Virus record (IMG/VR): IMGVR_UViG_3300002144_000695
Origin: a virus
Length of the DNA: 64,000 nt
Strand: one strand, 5' to 3'
Translations under genes and position numbers: made by a program
Shown: piece after piece, positions 37,713 through 48,540 of the stretch
Layout: each line of letters starts with the position of its first letter
Numbering within the stretch: position 1 is the stretch's first letter
The notes under the pieces: model-generated
Seen by the model: the letters and a program-made list of their open reading frames with translations, nothing else
Database searches by the model: none
What the model was told of the DNA's origin: nothing

Positions 37713-40700
37713 AAAAAATTGATATTGGAATTGATAAAATTGATAAAATTTTCCATATTTCAGATATACATATTAGAACATTAAAAAGACATACTGAATA
37801 TCGAGAAGTATTCCAAAACATGTTTGATTATATTGCAACGAATAGTACTGTAAATAGTATTGCAGTTGTAACTGGAGACATTGTTCACAGTAAATTAGAC
37901 ATGTCCCCAGAGTTGATTCAAATGTTAGTTGAATTCTTTAATGGATTTGATATTCCTACAATTGTTATACTAGGTAATCATGATATGAATTTGAATAATA
38001 TGCATCGAATAGATGCTGTTAGTCCAATTCTAGATGTTATTAATAATAAGAATATTGTCTTTATAAAAGATAACGGATTGTTTGAATGTGGGGGAGTAAC
38101 CTGGAATCATATGGCAGTCGATGTTGCACCAACTGAATATATTTTTGCAAAAGATTTTGATGCAACATATAAAATAGCAATGCATCATGGTGCTGTTAAT
38201 ACTGCTAAGACTGACATTGGATATCAAATTTCAAATGAACATGTAACTACAGAATTATTTGCTGGTCATGATATTACATTGTTAGGAGATATACATAAGC
38301 CAGCACAATTTTTAGATGAAGCAAAAACAATTGCATATCCAGGCTCATTGATTCAACAAAATCATGGGGAAGCATTAGATCATGGAATTTTAGTGTGGGA
38401 TGTAGAAAGCCGACGTGCTGATTTTGTTGAAATTCAAAATGATTATGGATATGTTACATTGGAAGTGGATGGCACAAAAATAATAAAGTCTCCACACCGA
38501 ATGCCTAATAAACCTAGAATCAGAATTAAATTTAATGAGACTACTGCGGCAGATATGAAAAAGTTGATTGCAACTATTCGTAAAAATTACAATGTACAAG
38601 ATATTACAATTCAGCGTAGTTCGACCGGCCCAGATACATCTATATCATCATCATTTACTATTGGCAATGTACGAGATGTAGAATATCAAAATACATTGAT
38701 TACTGATTATATTTCTATTAATCATCCACAAGCAACCTCAGATGAAACAGATGCTATTAGACATATTAATAGAACAATAAATTCAAAGTTGCCTGCAGTT
38801 GAATCAGTCCGTCATATGACATGGCATCCAATTCAATTTGAATTTGAGAATATGTTTTCATATGGTGATAACAACATTATTAATTTTGAAAATTTACAAG
38901 ATGTATGCGGTTTATTTGCGGCAAATACTAGTGGTAAATCTTCATTGTTAGATGCAATTACATATACAATATTTGATAAATGTAGTAAAACTGGTAAGGC
39001 TCATGAAGTTTTAAATAATAAACGCAATCGTTTTAAAGGTAAATTTACTTTTGAGATGAATGGCATAAATTATACAATTGAACGTACTGGTATCAAACAA
39101 AAAAATGGCCATGTTAAAGTATTAGTAGAGTTTTATACAGACACTGAAAACTTGAATGGCGAAGAGCGAAGTGATACTAATAAATCAATTCGTCGTTATT
39201 TAGGAACATATGATGATTTTATTTTAACAGCATTTTCGTTGCAAGCTGATAACAATAACTTTATAGAAAAGTCTCAACGAGAACGAAAAGATTTGCTATC
39301 ACAATTTTTAGATATTACGGTATTTGAACAACTATATCAATTAGCTGCTGACGAAATTAAAGAAACAGCTGGAAAATTAAAATCATACAAGAAAACAGAT
39401 TTTGATGTAATCATAAATGATGCTGATACAATTATTACAAACAATCAACAAGACATCACAACTTTAGAAACACAAGAAACTGAGTTGCATGAACAAAGAA
39501 ATAATTTTCAAAATGAAATTGTTGATTTAATTCAAACAAAACAACCTACAACATATAACGGCCCAGACATTGCTGAATTGATTAAAATAGAAACTACATT
39601 AACTAAAAAAATATCACAATTACAAACAGATATTGAAACTGCAGAATCTACTTTAGACAAATCAACAACTGATTTATTGGTTATTAAAAAAGATAAACGC
39701 CAATACAATGAAACAAATTTACTAAACAAACTTCAACAATTAGAAATACTTGAAACAGAATTAAACAAAATAGATTTAAGTATTAAAAAACAACTAGGAA
39801 TAGTCAATGCAAAGCAAGAAAAAATTAATCACCTTTCCGACCATGAATATGATCCGGAGTGCCAATACTGTACATCTAACGTTTTTGTGCAAAACGCAAT
39901 CGAAGCGCAGAATACAATTGTCGCAGATAAACAAATATTAATAGATTTACAATTAGATCAAAAAACATTAAATGAATCTATTTCTAAATATTCCACAGTG
40001 CGAGATGATAATAATTTATTAAATGTATTAAAACAAAACCACGAAACAAAACGTTTATCAATTGAAAAACAAGAATTACAAATTCAAATTATTGAAAATG
40101 AATTGCAAACTCGAGAATCGGAATTAGAAACATGTTTAGAACGTCAAGAACTTTTTAAATCTAACGAAACGTCAATAACTCACAATCAAATAATTGACAA
40201 ATCAATTAACATACTCAAAACAAATATTGATTCTGCTACAATAAAAATTAAAACTATTACTGATACAATTCGAAGCAAACACGGCATGATAGAAGTTGCA
40301 AAAACAACAAAAAAATCAGCAATTGAATCATTAGACAAATACAAAGAACTAGAAACGGAATATAAAGCATATGAATATTATTTAGATTCTGTTAAGCGTG
40401 ATGGTGTTCCATATGAATTAATTGCAAAAGCTATGCCTAAAATTGAATCTGAAATAAACAATGTATTGAATCAAGTTGTTGATTTCAATATGGTATTACA
40501 AAGTGATGGCAAAAATATTAATGGTTATATCATTTATGATGATGAAAATTATTGGCCTTTAGAATTAACAAGCGGAATGGAACGATTTATTAGTTCATTA
40601 GCAATACGAATTGCATTAATTAATGTATCAGCATTGCCTCGTCCTAATTTCATTGCAATCGATGAAGGCTTTGGAACATTAGATTCTAATCATATAACTG

Positions 40701-40843
40701 CATTAGTAAATTTATTTGATTATTTGCGAGTTAAATTTGATTTTTCAATTATCATATCACACGTTGATACTATGCGAGATATGGTTGATAATTTAATAGA
40801 AGTTAATAAAATTGATGGATATAGTTATATTAATCATAAATAG
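37703..40843 (+). CDS. fused Mre11/SbcD nuclease-Rad50/SbcC ATPase (gp47-gp46 fusion)
   Basis: HISDIH, TGD, GNHD, GDIH; Walker A AANTSGKS; zinc hook CQYC; signature TSGME; Walker B IAIDEGFG. Confidence 0.9.
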   Translation: MGIKKIDIGIDKIDKIFHISDIHIRTLKRHTEYREVFQNMFDYIATNSTVNSIAVVTGDIVHSKLDMSPELIQMLVEFFNGFDIPTIVILGNHDMNLNNMHRIDAVSPILDVINNKNIVFIKDNGLFECGGVTWNHMAVDVAPTEYIFAKDFDATYKIAMHHGAVNTAKTDIGYQISNEHVTTELFAGHDITLLGDIHKPAQFLDEAKTIAYPGSLIQQNHGEALDHGILVWDVESRRADFVEIQNDYGYVTLEVDGTKIIKSPHRMPNKPRIRIKFNETTAADMKKLIATIRKNYNVQDITIQRSSTGPDTSISSSFTIGNVRDVEYQNTLITDYISINHPQATSDETDAIRHINRTINSKLPAVESVRHMTWHPIQFEFENMFSYGDNNIINFENLQDVCGLFAANTSGKSSLLDAITYTIFDKCSKTGKAHEVLNNKRNRFKGKFTFEMNGINYTIERTGIKQKNGHVKVLVEFYTDTENLNGEERSDTNKSIRRYLGTYDDFILTAFSLQADNNNFIEKSQRERKDLLSQFLDITVFEQLYQLAADEIKETAGKLKSYKKTDFDVIINDADTIITNNQQDITTLETQETELHEQRNNFQNEIVDLIQTKQPTTYNGPDIAELIKIETTLTKKISQLQTDIETAESTLDKSTTDLLVIKKDKRQYNETNLLNKLQQLEILETELNKIDLSIKKQLGIVNAKQEKINHLSDHEYDPECQYCTSNVFVQNAIEAQNTIVADKQILIDLQLDQKTLNESISKYSTVRDDNNLLNVLKQNHETKRLSIEKQELQIQIIENELQTRESELETCLERQELFKSNETSITHNQIIDKSINILKTNIDSATIKIKTITDTIRSKHGMIEVAKTTKKSAIESLDKYKELETEYKAYEYYLDSVKRDGVPYELIAKAMPKIESEINNVLNQVVDFNMVLQSDGKNINGYIIYDDENYWPLELTSGMERFISSLAIRIALINVSALPRPNFIAIDEGFGTLDSNHITALVNLFDYLRVKFDFSIIISHVDTMRDMVDNLIEVNKIDGYSYINHK

Positions 40844-40947
40844 TCGATATTTATATACGTAGAGTTGAGGCTACAATGTAAAATTTTAAATTAAAAATTG
40901 TAAGATTCAACACACTTGATATTTATATAAAAGAATATTAAGGTGTA

Positions 40948-43380
40948 ATGAAACGTAAAGAAGCAGTTTATAAAGGTTTACAATTTAACAATGTATATTT
41001 TACTGATACATCGCTAACATCTCCTAATTATTTTCAAATTTCAGAATTTCCAAACAAACTTACAGCAGGTAAAAATTTATTTAAGCTACGAGGACATCCT
41101 ACAAATTTAAAAATCGGCGGATACTTAAATGTTGAGGTTTTAGATTATAATGGAGATCCTATTTATCATGAAATAGTTAACTATATTGATGAAGATAAAA
41201 GTCGTGTTATTGCAATTTATATTTATGAAAATACATCGCCCGGAGACTGTGTAGTAACACTTACAGCTGAAGCTATCAATGTTCCGCAAGAATGGCAAGG
41301 TCGGGCAAATATAAAATGGTCTAGACAAGTTCCAGTTAATCCAAGTATATCAAATGATTCAGAGATTATTTTTGAAACAGATCCAATTATACTTATTACA
41401 GAACAAGTAGGAACTCAGTTAGCAAGGACATATCTAAATGATGAACAATTTCCAATATACTCAACTGGCACAATAAAGTATTATTTATATAATAATCAGC
41501 CAGCAATAGAATTAATCGGCGGAAATTTTATTGCAGATATGTCTACTGGTACAATAACAGTATCTACACCACAGAATGCAACCCCTACACCTATATATAC
41601 TCCGTCTACGACCGCGTATAGCTCAACAATTAAAAAGATATTATCTCCTAGTTTAGCTTTATTAGATTCAGAGTATACAGTATATAGCAGCCAAAGCATA
41701 TCAGCTCATACATATTCTTCATTTACAGATTCATCATTTTCTTTAGCATATCAAGCATCTCCAACTTATACTCCAACTGAAAACTCAGAGTCATTTGCAT
41801 TAATACAAATATCAGGATTACAACCAGCTACTGGCGATGTTTCTCGTATTAAAACTTTTATGAGTAACAATGGACAAGTTGGAACTTGGGAATTGATCAA
41901 TGATATTGAATTGGTTGAAACAGAAATATTTGTTGCTAACACAGCATCACTGTATCCTGATACTAGTATTGGTATATTTGTAACACAAAGTACTATTGAT
42001 ACATATTGGGAAGCTCATACATATCAAGGGTTGTCAGAAACAACCGCACCTACATTAACTTGGACAACTGCATCAATAAGCAATGCAATGTCAATTGTTA
42101 GTGCAACTAATATAACAGCAACAAATGCGGTACATGCCGTACAAATTAAAGATGAATTTAAAGGGATATTTGTAAAAAATAGTTCATATAAAATTACATT
42201 AGATGCTTTAGGTACAAAAACCGGAAATATCAATGCAAAATTATCATTATATTTATCCGGTAGTGCATTTGATTATGAAGCAACTGATTATTTCAATCAA
42301 GAATTGCCTAACATATTAGGAAAACGAATAGGAGAAATTTCGGTTAGTACGATTGAACAACGTTTTGATGACTATGTTTTTAATTTTGAGTCAGATAATG
42401 ATGGTACTGCAGTATTAATTTTAGTAGTAGAGGCAGGAACATGGCAAGTAGGTGATATACGAACTACGTCAGACAATGATCCTGGATATACTCCTGATTA
42501 TACTAGAATACGAAGTTTGGTACCAACTGCACATAAAGCAAATAATCAACTTTCATTTAAAATTGAATATTATAATTTTGCTGGAGTTATAAGCAAACAA
42601 ATAAGCTATATAAACAATTTGTATTGGGAAGGTGGAAATCGTTATATCGATGGCGAATATTCCATGTTAACAGGTTCGCTGTATGTAGCAGACTCATTAT
42701 CTTCAGGTATTGCAATTTCCGGATATTCAAATAGTGGTTTTGTTCGTTCATTAGGATATGAAGGCTTTGATGCTGGATTTCCTGGATTTTTATTATGGTC
42801 TGGATCTGCATTAAATGGTCAATTAACAAAATATGGAAATGCATATTCCGGCACCGGATTAGAGTTATATCTAAATACATCAAGCTATTTTAGATATTCA
42901 ACATCAGATAGTGAAATTGATATCCGAACGAAAACGTTTTTCTTTGGAGACCCTGCAACAACATATATAAGTGGAAGTAATGGATTATTAGAAATTTCTT
43001 CTAGTAATTTTGTAGTGTCGCAACAAGGTAATGTTACTGCTAGTAATGCATTATTTTCTGGAGTTGCAACGTCTAATGTAATTCGACAAAAATCAATAAC
43101 AATAACTTCAGCAAATTCTTCTAGTTATTTACAAGCGTTAGGGAATGGTACAGTTGGTAATGAATATCGTTATAATATACGATTAGATGGAGCTTTAGGC
43201 GGAGAAAAAGTTCAACGAGTAATATTAGATGTTGATATTCCTAGTACTAGGCCAATAGCTGGGATCAATTTGCCAAATATCATATCAAATGAATCTGCAA
43301 TATGCTATTTAGAAGTCGATGCAGGACGTACAATATATATTAACGACTCAATTGGTGATATGGGTAGTGCATTAAGATAA
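40948..43380 (+). CDS. virion structural/tail-associated protein
   Basis: 810 aa, Ser/Thr-rich beta composition, late motif upstream. Confidence 0.6.
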   Translation: MKRKEAVYKGLQFNNVYFTDTSLTSPNYFQISEFPNKLTAGKNLFKLRGHPTNLKIGGYLNVEVLDYNGDPIYHEIVNYIDEDKSRVIAIYIYENTSPGDCVVTLTAEAINVPQEWQGRANIKWSRQVPVNPSISNDSEIIFETDPIILITEQVGTQLARTYLNDEQFPIYSTGTIKYYLYNNQPAIELIGGNFIADMSTGTITVSTPQNATPTPIYTPSTTAYSSTIKKILSPSLALLDSEYTVYSSQSISAHTYSSFTDSSFSLAYQASPTYTPTENSESFALIQISGLQPATGDVSRIKTFMSNNGQVGTWELINDIELVETEIFVANTASLYPDTSIGIFVTQSTIDTYWEAHTYQGLSETTAPTLTWTTASISNAMSIVSATNITATNAVHAVQIKDEFKGIFVKNSSYKITLDALGTKTGNINAKLSLYLSGSAFDYEATDYFNQELPNILGKRIGEISVSTIEQRFDDYVFNFESDNDGTAVLILVVEAGTWQVGDIRTTSDNDPGYTPDYTRIRSLVPTAHKANNQLSFKIEYYNFAGVISKQISYINNLYWEGGNRYIDGEYSMLTGSLYVADSLSSGIAISGYSNSGFVRSLGYEGFDAGFPGFLLWSGSALNGQLTKYGNAYSGTGLELYLNTSSYFRYSTSDSEIDIRTKTFFFGDPATTYISGSNGLLEISSSNFVVSQQGNVTASNALFSGVATSNVIRQKSITITSANSSSYLQALGNGTVGNEYRYNIRLDGALGGEKVQRVILDVDIPSTRPIAGINLPNIISNESAICYLEVDAGRTIYINDSIGDMGSALR

Positions 43381-43389
43381 AGTAAAATT

Positions 43390-43854
43390 ATGGGAAATGT
43401 TAAATTACAACAAGGTGGTGTATATATAATTACAACACAAGGCGGATCTAGTACTAGTCCTAGATCATTAACCGGTACAGAAGAAATATTCGAAAAAACA
43501 TTTTTAGAAGGAATTAATAATTTCGGGTCCATGAAAATTGGCGCAACTCGTTTTATTAGCGGTTCTGGTACTAAATATGTAACTTCAATTGATACGAATT
43601 TATTTATTGACACGACTTCTGGTACTATAACTTTACAATTACCTAACACAAACAATAGTTCTGGACAAATTTTTAATATTAAAAAAATAGGCGGCACTAA
43701 TACATTAACATTAGATCCGATCGGGTCAACAATAAAAATTGATGGAGCTTTAACAAAAACAACAACTGACGCGTCAGCATCGATACAATTAATAAGTTCA
43801 GGCGATATTACTAATGGTTATTATATTTTATCAACATATGGAACTTGGACATAA
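43390..43854 (+). CDS. tail fibre-like protein
   Basis: TITLQLP.....GQIFNIKK...N.LTL fibre-tip pattern. Confidence 0.55.
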   Translation: MGNVKLQQGGVYIITTQGGSSTSPRSLTGTEEIFEKTFLEGINNFGSMKIGATRFISGSGTKYVTSIDTNLFIDTTSGTITLQLPNTNNSSGQIFNIKKIGGTNTLTLDPIGSTIKIDGALTKTTTDASASIQLISSGDITNGYYILSTYGTWT

Positions 43855-43878
43855 TATATTTATATATAAAGAAACGAA

Positions 43879-46500
43879 ATGGATAAAATAACAGTACTTT
43901 TTCCTGGCGGATTTAAACCATTAACTGGCGCACATCTCGAACTAGCAAATAGATATGCACAAGCTGCAGACGTAGAAAAAGTAATTTTATTGATAGGCGA
44001 AAAACCTAGAGAAGAAATTACACGTGAAAAAACTATAGAAATTTTTAATTTGTTAAATTCAAATCCACAAATTGTAATACAACCTACACAATTCAATTCT
44101 CCAATCATGGCTGCATATGAATATTTATTTGCCTTACCAGAAGATGCTCAAGGTCGTTACGCTATGGCTGCATCAACAAAAGGAGATGATTACGTACGAG
44201 CAAAAGATTTTGTTCCTAATGTTGATAAATATATAACAATTGGAGATAAAAAAGGTCGTATAATTCCTCCGGGAGTTGACGCGATAGAATTAAGTATAGA
44301 CATTGATCCATTACTTTATCCAAACGGAGAACCTATTTCAGCATCAACAATTAGAGCTGCATTAGCTAACAATGATTATGCAACATTTCGTGCTTCATAT
44401 CCAATGCAAACCGATGCTGAAGTTAAAAATGTTTGGCAAATATTAAAAGGCGTACAAGAATCTAAACTGTTTAGCACAGATTGGTGGGTATCATCATTAT
44501 CTGAAGATGTTACTGAAGTAGTTGAAGCTATAATGAATCCTAAGGAAAAAACTCGTCATACATCTAAAATAAAAAATTTAAGATCATTTTTAGAAAAACA
44601 TCGAGGCCAATCATTTGTATACGACTTTGATCAGTTTGCTAAAACAGTTGCAGGTGCTAAATTAATTGAAAATGTAATTACAGAAAATTATATTACGCGT
44701 GAAGAATTAGCAGCAATTGAGCCTGCAATAGATAGTTTCTTTAAAGAATATGGAATAGATGTAGACTTTCAAGGTAAATTTACTCACTTTATTGATCGAT
44801 TAAATGATCCTAGAAATGAAGCTCCTATTTATATGGACGAATTGAAAGATTTATTCCAAGATTTAGCAGATGAATATGGAAGTCAAATTGCACAACAATT
44901 ACAAGCAAAACGTCCAACAGCAATAGGATCAGATTATCAATTTGATATTCCAATACATATGCCATTCATGTTGCAATGGAATTCACGTAAAAATATAATT
45001 GAACTAATACCTAGAACAATTAAGAAACAACGCAAGACTTGGCAACAAAACGACCCGAATGATGTTATATATAAAATTGAGTCATTGATGCGAGAAGCAG
45101 TACGCAATGGCAAAATTTATTGTGATAACTGCCCATGGAATTGGGACATAAAAAAAGGCGGAAAAGATTTATATATATGTCACAAATGTGGGCATGATAA
45201 TAATCCAGCATTAACTGAATCTATACTAATGACAGAAGGTGGCGCCGCAGGGCATATGGCACACCCATGGGATGATTATGGATTAACATTTAATGATATA
45301 AAAGAAATTGTTAGTCGTGCGTTAGCCGGCCGTCTAGATATTGAACAAGCAGTAACTGAAAAAACAGACGGCCAGAACATTCAGATTACTTGGAAGAATG
45401 GAGAAATAGGATTTGCTAGAGGTAAAGGGACTATTATTAATCCAATGACAACACCTGAAATTATTGCAGATTTCCTTCGTAAACAACAAAAAGCTATAGA
45501 CGAAAGAGGTGCTGCAGCCGGCGAAGATTATCAAAGAGTAGTAGATGCATATCAGGCTTGTGCTGAAGACTTAACAGAATCACTACGAAGTATCCCAGAA
45601 GCTACATTGAATCAAATATTCAAAAACGGACGAGTATTTGCTAACATGGAAATTATTTATCCAGCAACAAAAAATGTAATTGCGTATGATAAAGCCCATT
45701 TACAATTTCATAACTTAGTCGAATATGATGAAAAAGGCAATCTAGTTGAAACTGATTTAACCGGGGGCGCATTAATGCAAAATGTTATTCAAGATGCAAA
45801 TGCACATTTACAAAAAACGTTTTCATTTATTCCACCACAGCAAATTAAATTAGGTAGAGTCCATGACTTTGAAGATCAACAAGCTGCATTTATAAATGAA
45901 ATAAATCAACTGCAACAAAAGTTTAATCTTAAAGAAACAGACATGATCAGCGAATATCATAAATCATGGTGGGCTGACATAATTTCAACCAAAGCTCAGC
46001 AACTAGGTTATGATATACCAAATGATCTATTAACTACATTGATATATCGTTGGTCATTTAATGATAAGTCAAAAAATATTACATTGATAAAAAAAGAAAT
46101 TGACAATCCAGAATTTTTAGCTTGGGTTGCTGAATTTGATAAAAAAGATTTTAAACAATATCAAAAGCAAAATTTAGAACCATTTGAATCAATCTTTTTA
46201 AGATTAGGAGTAGTTGTATTGCAAAATGCTTCTAATTTCTTAGCAGCAAACCCAGATAAAACGGTACAGGATATTAAAACTGAATTAGCTCAACTAATTA
46301 AAGATCTTCAAGCAAAAGCTGATCCAAATACATTAAAACAACTAGAAATACAATTACGCAGAATTCAAAAATTAGGCGGATTTAATTCAATTGTGCCGAC
46401 AGAAGGTATTGTATTTACATTTCGAGGTAACACATATAAGATGACAGGAGCTTTCGCGCCAGTTAATCAAATATTAGGCACGCTAAAGTATGCGAGATAA
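43879..46500 (+). CDS. multidomain protein: HIGH-family nucleotidyltransferase + unknown domains + Zn ribbon + ATP-dependent ligase-like domain
   Basis: FPGGFKPLTGAH and ISASTIR; CDNC..CHKC; EGGAAGHM.HP; EKTDGQN (KxDG motif I). Confidence 0.7.
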   Translation: MDKITVLFPGGFKPLTGAHLELANRYAQAADVEKVILLIGEKPREEITREKTIEIFNLLNSNPQIVIQPTQFNSPIMAAYEYLFALPEDAQGRYAMAASTKGDDYVRAKDFVPNVDKYITIGDKKGRIIPPGVDAIELSIDIDPLLYPNGEPISASTIRAALANNDYATFRASYPMQTDAEVKNVWQILKGVQESKLFSTDWWVSSLSEDVTEVVEAIMNPKEKTRHTSKIKNLRSFLEKHRGQSFVYDFDQFAKTVAGAKLIENVITENYITREELAAIEPAIDSFFKEYGIDVDFQGKFTHFIDRLNDPRNEAPIYMDELKDLFQDLADEYGSQIAQQLQAKRPTAIGSDYQFDIPIHMPFMLQWNSRKNIIELIPRTIKKQRKTWQQNDPNDVIYKIESLMREAVRNGKIYCDNCPWNWDIKKGGKDLYICHKCGHDNNPALTESILMTEGGAAGHMAHPWDDYGLTFNDIKEIVSRALAGRLDIEQAVTEKTDGQNIQITWKNGEIGFARGKGTIINPMTTPEIIADFLRKQQKAIDERGAAAGEDYQRVVDAYQACAEDLTESLRSIPEATLNQIFKNGRVFANMEIIYPATKNVIAYDKAHLQFHNLVEYDEKGNLVETDLTGGALMQNVIQDANAHLQKTFSFIPPQQIKLGRVHDFEDQQAAFINEINQLQQKFNLKETDMISEYHKSWWADIISTKAQQLGYDIPNDLLTTLIYRWSFNDKSKNITLIKKEIDNPEFLAWVAEFDKKDFKQYQKQNLEPFESIFLRLGVVVLQNASNFLAANPDKTVQDIKTELAQLIKDLQAKADPNTLKQLEIQLRRIQKLGGFNSIVPTEGIVFTFRGNTYKMTGAFAPVNQILGTLKYAR

Positions 46501-46569
46501 TTTAGCAATAGATTACAAAAAGCAATTAAATCTATTTAACTAATATTTATATAAAATAAGGATATTAAC

Positions 46570-47565
46570 ATGGCTGAAAAACATAAAAGCAAATACAAAA
46601 AACCAGAAAATACTAAATACAAGTCCCGTAAAGATTTAAAAGATTATACAATGGACGATAAAGAGGGAAATTTAAACCCTAAATCTACAGGCGAAAAACA
46701 AAGCAATGTTTTACGTAAAACTGATAAAGAAGTAATAGATAATGGTAGTTTGGTTCCTAAATATGATGCAAATGATCGTCTTTATAAAGATTTAGAAGAT
46801 GGCGATTATGATCCAAAACATGCAGCTAAAGTGTTTAAAAAACGCCAAGATGATGGAGAAAAGTCGTCTGAAAAAAATCTTAAAGATAAAGATTATAATC
46901 TAACTCGAGAACAAAAAGAAGAACTAGTTAGAAAATATGTACGTCGTAAGATTGAAAAAGTTTTATCTGAACAAACAATTGATACAACAGAAACGTCACA
47001 ATTATCAGCTAGTTTAGACGATGTGTTAGCAAATTTAAAAAAAGCTACAAAAGAAGCACAAAGAATTTCACAAGAAGATAGCGTATCTCAACATGTAAAT
47101 CATATTGGCAAAGGCCAGTTCGATGTATCAAATTGGTATGATTCAGATAATACCGTCTCGTCATTTGCAAATGGTCGTAGAATTAATGAACAAGTAGAAA
47201 ATCCTGTGCCAGAAGAAACACCAGAAGAAACACCAGCACCTGAAGAAGCTCCTATTCCAAACGCAGAAACTCCGGCACCAGCAGAAGCCCCAGCTCCAGC
47301 AGAAGCCCCAGCTCCAGCTCCCGCAGATCAACAAATTGATACTGAGTTATCTCCCGAATCAAAAGTAGCTGTTTCAATTGAAAAATTTGTTAAACAATTA
47401 CAAGCTGAAGGAGGCAATATTTCTAGAATTAAAACATTAGCAAAAGTATTTAATTTAACAATGAAAGATGTTGATATTGAGGATAAAGTTAATTTTTATA
47501 AACTATTAAAACAATTAGCATCAAAAAAATTAAGTATTGTAGAAATTCCACACGAAAATAAATAA
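46570..47565 (+). CDS. hypothetical protein with Pro/Glu/Ala-rich linker
   Basis: EETPEETPAPEEAP...PAEAPAPAEAPAPAPA. Confidence 0.75.
   Translation: MAEKHKSKYKKPENTKYKSRKDLKDYTMDDKEGNLNPKSTGEKQSNVLRKTDKEVIDNGSLVPKYDANDRLYKDLEDGDYDPKHAAKVFKKRQDDGEKSSEKNLKDKDYNLTREQKEELVRKYVRRKIEKVLSEQTIDTTETSQLSASLDDVLANLKKATKEAQRISQEDSVSQHVNHIGKGQFDVSNWYDSDNTVSSFANGRRINEQVENPVPEETPEETPAPEEAPIPNAETPAPAEAPAPAEAPAPAPADQQIDTELSPESKVAVSIEKFVKQLQAEGGNISRIKTLAKVFNLTMKDVDIEDKVNFYKLLKQLASKKLSIVEIPHENK
47209..47325 (+). repeat. coding tandem repeats
   Basis: CCAGAAGAAACA x2 (47209-47232); CCAGCAGAAGCCCCAGCT x2 (47278-47313). Confidence 0.85.
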
Positions 47566-47570
47566 GTTAT

Positions 47571-48221
47571 ATGTCAAAAAAGTTACAAAATGTTAAAGCT
47601 ATTCAACAAATGTTGGATGGTACCCATAAATTTCAAACAAAAAAATCTATTGGATTTAGTGATGCTGAAATTAAAGGAAAACAAAATGAGCGACATGATG
47701 TTGGCGATATATGGGAAGAAACAGACTCAACAACTGGATCTACATATATTATAGAACAACATGATGGGTTTCGCATTAAAAAATCAAAAAACTCTGATAC
47801 ATTCCAATCAGTTCGAGATGAAATGAGATCTTTCCCGAACTGCAAGAAAGATATATGTACATGTTCAGGCGTAAATCAAGCTGACGTCAAGATGCGTAAA
47901 ATACATGGAATGTGTTTAGATTGTGTTATAGACATGGAACACGAACTAAAAAAATCAGGCAACTACGAAGAATATGAACAAAATAAAATTCGTGAAAATG
48001 CAATAGCATGGTTAGCATCTGCAGAGCGAGATGTTAAAATGTTAAAACAAGCATATACTGAATCTAGCAAATTTGTTAGTAGTACAAATGGCGATGTAGA
48101 AACATGGTCTGCAAAAATGACCCCAGATGAGTTTAATGATACAGTACAAAAACAATTTGATAAATTTAAAGAAGAATTTTTAACCAACCTAAATAAAAAG
48201 GAAATCAATGAAATTAATTAA
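47571..48221 (+). CDS. hypothetical protein with Cys cluster
   Basis: CKKDICTC...HGMCLDC. Confidence 0.7.
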   Translation: MSKKLQNVKAIQQMLDGTHKFQTKKSIGFSDAEIKGKQNERHDVGDIWEETDSTTGSTYIIEQHDGFRIKKSKNSDTFQSVRDEMRSFPNCKKDICTCSGVNQADVKMRKIHGMCLDCVIDMEHELKKSGNYEEYEQNKIRENAIAWLASAERDVKMLKQAYTESSKFVSSTNGDVETWSAKMTPDEFNDTVQKQFDKFKEEFLTNLNKKEINEIN

Positions 48222-48540
48222 AAAATATTGGCTAGTTATTGCTGGAGCAATAGCAACAATTATTGGATTCATTACATTATCTAATACAAAATCTAAAAAC
48301 GTAAAAATTATAGATAAAAAAATCAAAGACAACAAAAAAGAAATTGACGTTCTCGAAGAAAAAATTGAAGTAATAGAAAAAACTCGAGTTAAAACAAATA
48401 AAAAAATTGTAAAACAAGAAGTTGTAATTGAAGCATTAGAAACAAAAAAAGAAAATATTGTTGTAGAAGACGTTCCGATTAATGAAGCAAAAGCTAATAT
48501 TATAGCAAAAACAGGCCGCGGAAGAAAATCAAAAAAATGA
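48208..48540 (+). CDS. membrane-anchored coiled-coil protein (i-spanin-like)
   Basis: N-terminal TM helix plus Lys-rich coiled coil. Confidence 0.45.
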   Translation: MKLIKKYWLVIAGAIATIIGFITLSNTKSKNVKIIDKKIKDNKKEIDVLEEKIEVIEKTRVKTNKKIVKQEVVIEALETKKENIVVEDVPINEAKANIIAKTGRGRKSKK

